Source: Octopus sinensis
Lineage: Eukaryota
DNA length: 64,000 bases
Direction of reading: 5' to 3'
NCBI RefSeq assembly: GCF_006345805.1
Contig: NC_043010.1
Location: forward strand, 51,522,001 to 51,586,000
The notes beneath the pieces are model-generated. The model was given only the letters and a program-made list of their open reading frames with translations. It was not told the origin of the DNA and searched no databases. The position numbers and the translations under genes were made by a program. Each line of letters begins with the position of its first letter. The first letter of the stretch is position 1. Below are positions 24,740 to 37,200 of the stretch, in pieces.

Positions 24740-27700
24740 CAGAGGGACAAGACCACATATTCAAGAATAGGGGACAGTTGAATGTATAAACATCAGTATG
24801 TCAATTTAATAATGATAATAATGAAATTATTGTATACAGTGCTCAGGTGCACCACAACTTGTCAAAAGTGCGTATAAAGCATATGCAGTAATGTACAAAT
24901 GTCTGGAAAGTGAACAGTGTATGAGTCAGATACATGCTTGCGTGTTTATGGCGGGGAGAAAATCAGGTGTAGTGTTGGCGAATCTCAGGAAGCATGGAAG
25001 TTTTGAAGGATGCAGTGCTCCGACAACTAACAACTGATGCCAGCAGTTTGTTCCCTACTTCAGCAACTCTTAGCGTGAAAATATGTTTCCGAAAGTCATG
25101 GGAGGTGTGCTGTTTTCTGACTTTGTAAACATGTCCACGGGTGTTAGACAGGTGGAGTTTGTAAAGGTGCTCAGAGTTATTGTTAGTAATTTTATATCAT
25201 TGTCTCAGAGTCTTAGCCTTCCAACTTTCCAAGACAGAAATGTGAAGACATGTTTGATATCCTTTCATAATTGACTTTTAAATCTAACCGTCTGTAATCT
25301 CTTCCAACATATTTGCTTACAGGAGCAACAGTCTCTTCAGATGTATTTCAACAACTTCTTGACCTGCTCTGTATATACAACTGCCAAAATGTAGAAGTGC
25401 CCCTGACTCCCGAAGAATATTTTTATCAGCGTGATCTTGATTCCTCCAGGAATCAAAGATCAATCAAGAATACATGGAAGTACGTATGATGATAATATTG
25501 ATCTCTTAATATTATTGGTTTTATCTTTTATTTGTTTCAGTTATTTGACTGCAGCTTTGCTGGGGCACAGCTTTGAAGAATTTTTAGTCAAATGAATTGA
25601 CTCCAGTACCTGTCTTTCTTTAAGCCTGGTACTTATTCTTTCAATCTCTTTTGCCGATCTGCTAGGTTACAGGGATGTAAACACACCCATACCAGTTGTC
25701 AAGTGGTAGTGGAACACTAACACAGGCACAAAGAGACACACATACATACACATATATGATGGGTTTCTTTCAGTTTCCATCTGCCAAATCCACTCACAAG
25801 CTTTTGGTTAGCCTGAGGCTATAGTAGAAGACACTCTCCCAATGTGCCATGTGGTTGGGAAGCAAGCAAACTTCTTACCACACAGCCATGCCTAACATTG
25901 CCAACACTGATTATTTCTAACAGCTTTTAACTCTTTCAAATTTATGTAATTTATAAAGGTGCAGGTATGGCTATGGGGGTATGGTGTTTACTTTGTATTT
26001 AAATGGTTTCCAGTTCTATATCATTGCTTGACACCTTGGACAAATGTCTTCTAATGTAGATTTGGATCTATTAATTCCTTGTAAATGGAATTGGTAGATG
26101 AAGACTGTATGCAGAATCCTTGAAAAATGCATTTTTTCGAAAAAAAATTTTCGGTTTTCTGTTTTAGATATCAGAGATTACGAATATGCAAAAAAAACCC
26201 CCACCTTTTCAAATTTCACTCCACCCTGCTCCCTCTCCCCTATTTTAAATTTTGAACGTTTTTGATAATTTTTTTTTAAAACTACCTTTCCCAAATTTAA
26301 AATCCCTGCCTCAACCTCCTCTTCCCCCAAAATGGCGCACAACCCCACTCCCCAACAGACCTTTCCGACTTTCTATTTTTTTCAGCAGATTCCTATGTCT
26401 TCAATGACGGAGATTCTGAATATGCAAGAAACCACATTTTCAAAATTTTAAATTCCACCCTCACCCCCAAATTTTAATTTAAAACTTTCTTTTGGGATTT
26501 TTATATTTTTGAAAAGGTTTTTTTTTTTTTTTGCATATTCGTAACTCCAATATCTAAAATGTAGGAATCCGAAAAATTTTTTTCAAAAAAAATGCACTTT
26601 TCAAGAAGAGGTGCAAATTCTGCATTAACCCCCCACTTACCAATTTTTCTGTTTTTTTAAGTGAAAAAAATGTTTTTATTAATTAAAAATTAGTTTTAAA
26701 TTTAAGAAAAAAAATATTTAAATGTTTAAATTAATTTTTCAGACAGGATGGCATGGCAGAAAAGATATTCAATGACATGACGGAAAAGACACCTGAAGCA
26801 TATTGTTCTTTAATTCAAGGTGCAGCAAAGGTGATTGTAAAGTTGATTTTCTCCATTCTCCCAGAAATATTCTTCAGAGTTTGATTTATTGTTTTGGATG
26901 CATAAAGTGCAAGAAGAATCTTGTGGTTCTAAGTTCCCTCAGAAATCACATAGTTCCAGGTTCAGTCCCACTGCACAGCTTGAAGGAAGCTTTTAACATG
27001 CATCCGGCATGTGGAATTGGCCACAACTATGATCTCACTTGGCTTGATAGGTCTTCTCAAGCACAGTATATTGCCAAAAGTCTTGGTCACTTGTCACTGC
27101 TCACCATGCAGGCCTTCATCATCATCATCATTGTTTAACGTCCACTTTCCATGCTAGCATGGGTTGGACGATTTGACTGAGGTCTGGCGAACCAGATGGC
27201 TGCACCAGACTCCAATCTGATCTGGCAGACATTTGTGTGTCTGTGTTTGTCCCCCCCAACATTGCCTGACAACCAATGCTGGTATGTTTACGTCCCCGTG
27301 ACTTAGCGGTTCGACAAAAGAGACCGATAGAATAAGTACTAGGCTTACAAAGAATAAGTCCTGGGGTCGATTTGCTCGACTAAAGGCGGTGCTCCAGCAT
27401 GGCCCTGTCAAATGACTGAAACAAGTAAAGAGAGAGAGAGTTACTTGGTGACCTCACTAGTGCTGGTGCCATGAAAAATGCACCCACTACACTGTGTAAG
27501 GTGGCTGGTATTAAGAAGGACATCTAGAAGCAGACACTGGAGACCAACACAGCCCTAAGGCTAGTTGGATCCTGTTGAACCACCCAGCATATGCCGGCAT
27601 GGAAGAAGGGCATTAAATGATGAGATAATTGTGGTGGTGCTGGTAGCAGGAAAATCTTTGAGCTATGGTTTTTGGCCATGAGCACAAAGACATTGGTGCT

Positions 27701-29692
27701 GACAGGATACAAACTATTAGCCTCTTGGTTGATTGCCTTGCCCCTTTTCACTTAGCTATCTATGCTGTGTACACATGATAAAAAAAAAAAAGAAATAAAA
27801 GATGGAACTGTAGAGAGCGAATAGAAAATTTCAGTTGATTTGTTGAAGTATAGCCTGCCTCTTTTTTTAGGGCTTTTTCTTCATTTGTTTTGTTTTATTT
27901 TATTTTTCTGTTGTCATGGGGGTATGGTGTTTGCTTTGTATTTAAATGATCTCCAGTTCTATATCATTGCTTGACACCTTATAATATAAGCTATATAGCT
28001 TTGGATCTATTAATTCCTTGTAAATGGAATTGGTAGATGAAGACTGTATGCAGAATCACACCTCTCCTTGAAAAATGCATTTTTTTGAAAAAAAATTTTC
28101 GGTTTTCTATGTTTTAGATATCAGAGATTATGAATATGCAAAAAAAAAAAACCTACCTTTTCAAATTTCACTTCATCCTGCTCCCTCTCCCCTGTTTTAA
28201 ATTTTGAACGTTTTCGATAATTTTTTTAAACTACTTTTCTCAAATTTAAAATCCCTACCTTCCCCCAAATTGTCGCACAACCCCACTCCCCAACAGACCT
28301 TTCCGACTTTCTATACAAACCATAGCTGAAAGATTTGTTGAAGTATAGCCTGCCTCTTTTTTTTTAAGGCTTTTTCTCCATTTAACTCTTTAACTCTCTT
28401 TTACTTGTTTCAGTCATTTGACTGCGGCCATGCTGGAGCACCGCCTTTAGTCGAGCAAATCGACCCCGGGACTTATTCTTTGTAAGCCCAGTACTTATTC
28501 TATCGGTCTCTTTTGCCGAACCGCTAAGTGACGGGGACGTAAACACACCAGCATCGGTTGTCAAGCAATGTTAGGGGGACAAACACAGACACACAAACAC
28601 ATATACACACATATATATATACATATATACGACAGGCTTCTTTCAGTTTCCGTCTACCAAATCCACTCACAAGGCATTGGTCGGCCCGGGGCTATAGCAG
28701 AAGACATTTGCCCAAGATGCCACGCAGTGGGACTGAACCCGGAACCATGTGGTTGGTTAGCAAGCTACTTACCACACAGCCACTCCTGTATTTTATTTTA
28801 TTTTTCTGTTGTAATTTGTTTCAGTATTATAACATGGAACGGGCTTTTAATCTGTATGATGAAATGAAAGGGAAAAAATTACCAGGTAAGAAATTTTATT
28901 TTCTCCTTTGTTATTCTTCATTATCATCATCGTTTGCTATGACTGTTATTATCTTATAAATAATTCCGCTTGTTTCTCCATTACTTAGTCTGTCTGTAAC
29001 GCCTTCATGTGATTGGTCGAAGAGGAAAGGATGGGGCAGGGAGGTGGAGGAGAGGAGGGTGATGTGGTGTGTGATATGTATAATTTTTTTTGTGTTTTTT
29101 TTTCTCCATTGTCTGTAACTTGTCTGTAACGCTTTCGCATGATTAGTTGAAGAGAAAGACAAAGAGCGAGAGAAAAAGGACAAAGTAAAAGGAGAGAGAA
29201 AAAGAGGGTAAGGTGAAGAATGAGAGGGAGAGTGCTGTGTATTAAGTCTATAAAATTGTGCATAAAGTATAAAAATGCATTAAGTAGTCATCATGTTCCA
29301 ATTTCCTTCACTTTTCAATTATTAGCAAAGGTTTGACTATCTTTTGATACAGACACAACATAAGCTATGCTTTCAGGTTACTCTTTTACTTGTTTCAGTC
29401 ATTTGACCATGGCCATGCTGGAGCACCGCCTTTACTTCTGGTTTTCATTTTCTTTTTTTTGTTTTCTTTTCCAGTGAGTTTATCAGCTTACAACAGCCTT
29501 CTGCATGTAGCTGTGTATCATGGTGATACATACCCCATGAAGTGGAATCTCATTCTTGTGAGTAATAACCTTCATAGAAGCTTGCTGTTGTTGTTATGTC
29601 ACTTGTTATTTGTTGTTAGTTTCAATTATTGTCAGTCATCATCATCATCATCCCCATCATTATTGTCACTGCCTCCCCATTACCATCAGAAT

Positions 29693-29733
<41 letters not shown>

Positions 29734-30123
29734 ATAATAATGATTGTACCCTTTTAAAGCCTAGCCAGGCTCATGGGCCCGATTTCCCGGTTTCAATGGC
29801 ATATGTGTTCCCCAGCTGGACAAGACGCCAGTCCATCGTAGCGTTACTCATTTTTGCCAGCTGAGTGGACAGGAGCAACGGGAAATGAAGTGTTTTGCTC
29901 AAGAACACAACGCGTCGCCTGGTCCAGGAATCGAAACCACAATCTTACGATCATGATGCTGACATCCTAACCACTAAGCCATGTGCCTCCACACACACAC
30001 ACACACACATATATATTTATATGTATATGTATATATATATATATATTATATGATATATATATATATATGTATATATAGATATATGTATATATATTGTATA
30101 TATATATATATGTATATATATAT

Positions 30124-30170
<47 letters not shown>

Positions 30171-30185
30171 GTATATATATATATG

Positions 30186-30231
<46 letters not shown>

Positions 30232-30232
30232 G

Positions 30233-30263
<31 letters not shown>

Positions 30264-30344
30264 TGTATATATATATATATGTTATATATATATATGTATA
30301 TATATATATGTTATATATATATGTATATGTAATATATATATATG

Positions 30345-30375
<31 letters not shown>

Positions 30376-30378
30376 GTA

Positions 30379-30426
<48 letters not shown>

Positions 30427-30485
30427 GTATATGTATATATATATATGTATATGTATATATTATATATATTATATATATGTATATG

Positions 30486-30538
<53 letters not shown>

Positions 30539-30653
30539 ATGTATATATATATATGTATATATATATATATGTATATATGTATATGTATATATGTAATGTA
30601 TATATATGTATATATATATATATGTTATATATATATATATGTATATATATATG

Positions 30654-30742
<89 letters not shown>

Positions 30743-30762
30743 GTATATATATATATATGTAT

Positions 30763-30793
<31 letters not shown>

Positions 30794-30877
30794 ATGTATA
30801 TATATATATTATATATATATATGTATATGTATATATATTATATATATGTATATATTATATGTATATGTATATATATG

Positions 30878-30911
<34 letters not shown>

Positions 30912-30916
30912 TATGT

Positions 30917-30947
<31 letters not shown>

Positions 30948-31020
30948 GTATATGTATATATATGTATATGTATATAATGTATATGTATATATATTGTATA
31001 TGTATATATAGATATATATG

Positions 31021-31075
<55 letters not shown>

Positions 31076-31352
31076 GTATATGTATATATATGTATATGAT
31101 ATATATGTATATGTATATATATATATAGTATATATATATATTATATATATATATATGTATATATATGTATATGTATATATATATATATGTATATATATGT
31201 ATATGTATATATATGTATATGTATATATATGTATATGTATATATATGTATATGTATATATATATATATGTTATAATATATATATGTATATGTATGTATAT
31301 GTATATGTATGTATATGTATATATATATGTATGTATATGTATATATATATAT

Positions 31353-31394
<42 letters not shown>

Positions 31395-34227
31395 CCTTCT
31401 TGGGACACAAAACTCTACTTGTGAAGACGTGATGAGGCAAGTGAGGATCAGAATCGAAATCGATCAATGGAAATTGCGGATGTGCTACCAGTGCCGGTGG
31501 CATGTCAAAACTCTGCTTGTGAAGACCCGTTGAGGCAAGTGACGATCAGAATCGAAATCGATCAATGGAAATTGCAGATGTGTTACCAGTGCCGGTGGCA
31601 TGTAAGAGAACTTTCCGTTTCGCGACCGTTGCCAGCACCGCCCCGTTTCGTGTCCGTTGCCAGCCTCGCCTGGCCCTCGTGCCGGTGGCACATAAAAAGC
31701 ACCATCCGTTCGTGGCCGTTTGCCAGCTCTGTCTGGCACCAGTGCGGGTGGCACGTAAAAAGCACCCACTACACTCACGGAGTGGTTGGTGTTAGGAAGG
31801 GCATCCAGCCGTAGAAACACTGCCAGATTTGACTGGGCCTGATGAAGCCTTCTGGCTTCACAGACCCCAGTAGAACCGTCCAACCCATGCTAGCATGGAA
31901 AACGGACGCTAAACGATGATGATGATGATGATGATATATCATACATATGTGGGGAATTCTGTCTGAGTGTGCTTGCTGAGTTGTTAGCTGACTCCTCCTT
32001 CATCGTTTTATCGATTTTGATGAAACTTGGCACATGAGTAGAACTCATGTCTGGAAACCTCACGGCATACTCAGATTGTTGAAAAAAAAAATCAATAGTA
32101 GGGCCCCTGGAAGGGATCCTTATATATAACTAATATATTTTCTTTTAACAGCCAAGGGAGATAACCCATTCATATTCCTATATTATTTGGTATAAATCAA
32201 ATTGAGTATGCTTATTTCTTAGTATTTGAACTATTAGAGTTATTTTCACAATCTATCCAGTACAACCCTTAAACAAGTAAATAGTATTTTCCTAAACAAT
32301 AGATCCACTTATCAAATAATTTACTGAATAAGTTAGTGACTTATTTACGAATATACCAACAAGCCTGTTATTACATAACATGCTTCACGAATTTAGCATA
32401 CATCTCCTTGTGATACTTGTGAAGGCCTGTTGAGGCAAGTGAAAATCAAAATCAAAATCAAATCAAAACAAATCAAAATAGATGAACATCAATGGAATTT
32501 GTATCTTTGTGGTACCAGTGCCGGTGGCACACAAGAGAAAACCATCCGAAAGTGGCCGTAGCCAGTACCGCATCGACTGGCCTCTGTGCTGTGGGCACAT
32601 GACAAACACCATCCGATCGTGGCCGTTCGCCAGCCTCATCTAGCACCTGTGTCGGTGGCACATAAAAACACCATCCGAAGACCCGGCAAGACTAGTCAGG
32701 CCATAACCCATGGCCCCTACCTGGGACGTAGTCAGTCCACCTGTGCATACCTTTCCTTCTTGTGACACTTGTGAAGACCTGTTGAGGCAAGTGAAAATCA
32801 AAATCAAAACAAATCAAAATAGATGAACATCAATGGAATCTGTATCTTTGTGGTACCAGTGCCGGTGGCACACACTTTGTGGTACCAGTGCGGTGGCACA
32901 CAAGAGAACCATCCGAACGTGGCCGTAGCCAGTTCCGCATCGACCGGCCTCCGTGCTGTGGGCACGTAACAAACACCATCCGATCATGGCCATTCGCCAG
33001 CCTCATCTGGCACCTGTGTCGGTGGCACATAAAAACACTTCCGAAGACCCGGCAAGACTAGTCAGTCCACCTGTGCATACCTTCCTCTTGTGACACTTGT
33101 GAAGACCGGTTGAGGCAAGTGAAAATCAAAATCAAAATCAAAATCAAAATCAAAATAGACAAAATAGATGAACATCAATGGAATTTGTATCTTGTGGTAC
33201 CAGTGCCTGTGGCACACAAGAAATCCATCAGTGCTGTAGTCAGTGCGGTGGGCACATGACAAACACCATCCGATCGTGGCCGTTCGCCAGCCTCATCTAG
33301 CACCTGTGTCGGTGGCACATAAAAACACCATCCGAAGACCCGGCAAGACTAGTCAGGCCATAACCCATGGCCCCTACCTGGGACGTAGTCAGTCCACCTG
33401 TGCATACTTCCTTCTTGTGACACTTGTGAAGACCTATTGAGGCAAGTGAAAATCAAATCAAAACAAATCAAAATAGATGAACATCAATGGAATTTGTATC
33501 CTTGTGGTACCAGTGCCGGTGGCACGTGGCACACAAGAAAACCATCCGAACGTGGCCGTAGCCAGTACCGCATCGACTGGCCTCCGTGCTGTGGGCACGT
33601 AACAAGCACCATCCGATCGTGGCCGTTTGCCAGCCTCATCTGGCACCTGTGTCGGTGGCACATAAAAACACCATCCGAGCGTGGCCGTCTGCCAGCCTCG
33701 TCTGGCACCTGTGTCGGTGGCACATAAAATCACCCACTACACTCTCGGAGTGGTTGGCGTTAGGAAGGGCATCCAGCTGTAGAAACACTGCCAGATCTGA
33801 CTGGACTGGTGCAGCTTTCGGGCTCCCCAGACCCCAGTTGAACCGTCCAACCCATGCTAGCATGGAAAGCGGACGTTAAATGATGATGATGATGATGATG
33901 ATCTTATTGGTATTTCCTCCTAAGTTTTATATACTCTGGGAACGCATTAAAGCCCTTTTGGGGGCTACTTTATTTTAATTCTTTCTATCGGGTAACTAAT
34001 TTCATATTATTACATAACTGACTTCACAATTTGGGTATTCATAACTTATTGGGAATTCCTAAAAACAAGATCCTGTGCAAGACAGTTCAGTATTCTCTAT
34101 AAATGCACAAAAACCATTTTAAGGGCTACATACTTTGTATTGTTGTTATTGGATTAGCGAAACAATTATGAGAATGCAACCAATGGATAAGCCCCACTTT
34201 CTCAGGAATTACTGGGAACATCAGCTA

Positions 34228-34288
<61 letters not shown>

Positions 34289-37200
34289 TAAGTAGATATA
34301 AAGGTATATATGTATATATAGATATAAAGGTATATATATATATATATATTATATATATATATATATATCTTTATATATGCTCAGACAGGCATTGAAACTT
34401 TTCTCCTCCCTGCTTTCTCTTTTCCTCTTCCGCCTCATCTTCACCTCCTTCCTCTTCATCTTCACTTTCTTCGTCTTCACCTTTCTCCTCCCCTCCTCCT
34501 TTCCTTCCTTCCCATTTTCTCTCCCTCCTCTTCATTCTCCTCTCCCCCTGTCCTCCTCCCTCCTCCAAAGGTAAACAAGTATCATTACTATTATTATTTC
34601 CATTATCAATCAATTCTTCGTTTTGTCATTAATTTTTAGAACCTTTTAAAAGACATGAAATCTTCGAAATTACAACCTAACTTAGCGACTTTCAATGCAG
34701 TTCTAAACAGCCTTTCAAGAATGACTCGCTTCGGCAAATGCCGAATGATTGCACACAATGTTTTGACTGAAATGAAGAACTGTGGTATTGGTAAGCATTG
34801 CTTTTTGGTGGCGGCTTTTATTAATTTTGTTTGTAATATTTTTCATCTTTTTATGTTTAGTGTGTAATATTGTGTGAAATCATAGGCCAAGTTTTATTAA
34901 TCTACTACCTTAGTCTATCATTTTGTGTTAATTAAGGAGCATCACTGAAGTCAATTGACTGTTAGAAATAATAGCTGTGTCTCACTCAAATCACAACATA
35001 CTGTCTTAAATATAGAAAAGGCTCCGTTAGGTAATATAGTCTTAGATATTCTTGTAATGACAGGGTGGTTATAATTGGAATGTCTTTGATCATAGGTTTG
35101 CCAGTTTAGGGTTACCTAGGGCTAAACATTAGATGTAGGTATGGCTGTGTGGTTAGGAAGTTTGCAACCACATTGGTTTGATTTCAGTCCCATTGCACAC
35201 CACTTGAGCAAGAGTCTTCTATAACCTTGGGCTGACCAATATCTTTGAGTGAATTTAGTCAATAGAAATTGTGTGGAAGCCTTTCTTTATATATATATAT
35301 AATAATAATAATAATAATATGAGGGAATATTATTCCAAACTTACAGGGAAAAATTCAATTTAGAAATACTAAATCAAATTTCACGAAATATAATATATAC
35401 ATATATATAAATTAGAAAAAAACCACCTTTTATCAATTCAATAATGAAAAATTAAATTATACCATTTAGAAAAATTACATACATACATACAAATAGTATC
35501 GAACAGTAAGAATAAGTGGTCAACACTGCATTTAGTATTTTATGTATGGTTTAACAAGCTACCTAATGTTTCATGTGGAAGAATATCCACAATTCTTCAA
35601 GTGGTTCACTTAAAAATGCAGGTGATCGCCTCCATTTTGGGTTACCAGTGGCACCTTTTTTAATCAACAAATAAAGTAAATATAGATAGATAGATAGACA
35701 GACAGACAGGCAGACAAACAGACAGATAGATAGATAGATAGAGAGATAGAGATAGATAGATAGATGCATGCATGCATATATGTATGTGTGTGGATGTATG
35801 TATGTACGTATACGACGGACTTCTTTTAATTTCCTCTAGCAAATCCTTACAAAGCATTGGTCGGCCTGAGCGATCACTGAAGACACTTGCCGAAAGGGAT
35901 GATTTTAAAAAGAAATTATTTTAAAACTTAGATAAACCAAGAGCTAAACCTGGTTAGAAATTTTCAGGCTAACCTATCCTGCGATATGATGATTGTTTTT
36001 CACACCACGTAGAATATAAAAGTAGTGTATGGTACTGATTGACAAGCCCATATGTCATGCCTTTCAGCACTCTTTTAAACTATATGTATGTTAATGTGTG
36101 TGTATGCTTGCATCTATAAATAATAAATAAATAATCATATAAAACATATGAATATGAACATCTGAACGTTTGTGAGTGTGTGTGTGTGCGTGTGATATTC
36201 TTGTGAAACGATAGTTGAAATAAATACTCAAAAAAAATTTTTGGGGTAAAATTTTGGAAAAATATTTAGGGAAAATTTTCAGTGAAAATTTTGGAAAAAG
36301 TATGGAAGACCAGCGGTGCCAAATTCACAAAGTATGGCAAAAATTTTCGAAAAATCTGTTCAAAAATTTTTGTGGAAAATTTTCGAAAAATTTTCGGTGG
36401 AAATTTTTGAAAAAGTATGGAAAGCCAGCGGTGCCAAAATCACAAAGTGAAAATTTTCGAAAACTTTTTGGGGAAAATTTTCGGTGAAAATTTTTGGGGA
36501 AAATGTTCGGTGAAAATTTTCGAAAAATTTTTGGGGAAAATTTTCGGTGGAAATTTTCAAAAAATTTTTAGGGAAAATTTTCGAAAAATATTTAGGTAAA
36601 AATTTCGGCGAAAATTTTTTTTTGGAAAAAGTTTTCGAAAAATCTGTTGAAAAATTTTTGGGGAAAAGTTTCGAAAAATTTTTGGGAAAATTTTTGAAAA
36701 AGTATGGAAAGCCAGCGGTGCCAAAATCACAAAGTGAAAATTTTCGAAAAATTATTGGGGAAATTTTCAGTGAAAATTTTGGAAAAATCTTTGAAAATTT
36801 TGGAAAAAGTATGGAAGGCCAGCGGTGCCAATTCACAAAGTATGGAAGGCCAGCGGTGCCAAAACCACAAAGTATGGAAAGCCAGCAGTGCCAAAATCAC
36901 AAAGTAAATCACAAAGAAAAATTTTTGGAGAAAATTTTCGAAAACTTTATGGGGAAAATGTTCAGTGAAAATTTTCGAAAAATTTTTGGGGAAAATTTTC
37001 GGTGGAAATTTTCGAAAAATTTTTGGGGAAAATTTTCGGTGAAACTTTTCAAAAAAATTTTCGGTGAAAATTTTCAAAAAAATTTTCGGTGGAAAATTTT
37101 CAAAAAATTTTTGGGTAAAATTATCGAAAATGGGGAAAATGTTCGGTGGAAATTTTCAAAAAATATTTAGGTAAAAATTTCGGCGAAAATTTATTTTGGA

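Noticed and set aside
26743-26746. Alternative acceptor ACAG 4 nt into exon 9 (similarly 8 nt into exon 21 and 11 nt into exon 3)
   Set aside because: Would frameshift the conserved PTCD3 reading; the upstream acceptors fit the phases
30094-31432. Long ORFs (up to 305 aa) of YIYIYM composition, and similar ORFs at 205-511, 18482-18928 etc.
   Set aside because: Translations of (TA)n/(CA)n microsatellites; no coding signal
35545-35610. Hammerhead-like motif on the minus strand (UUGAAGA-ugugga/uccaca-GAAAC)
   Set aside because: Helix II is present, but the core is altered (C3->U) and helix I cannot form; at best a decayed relic
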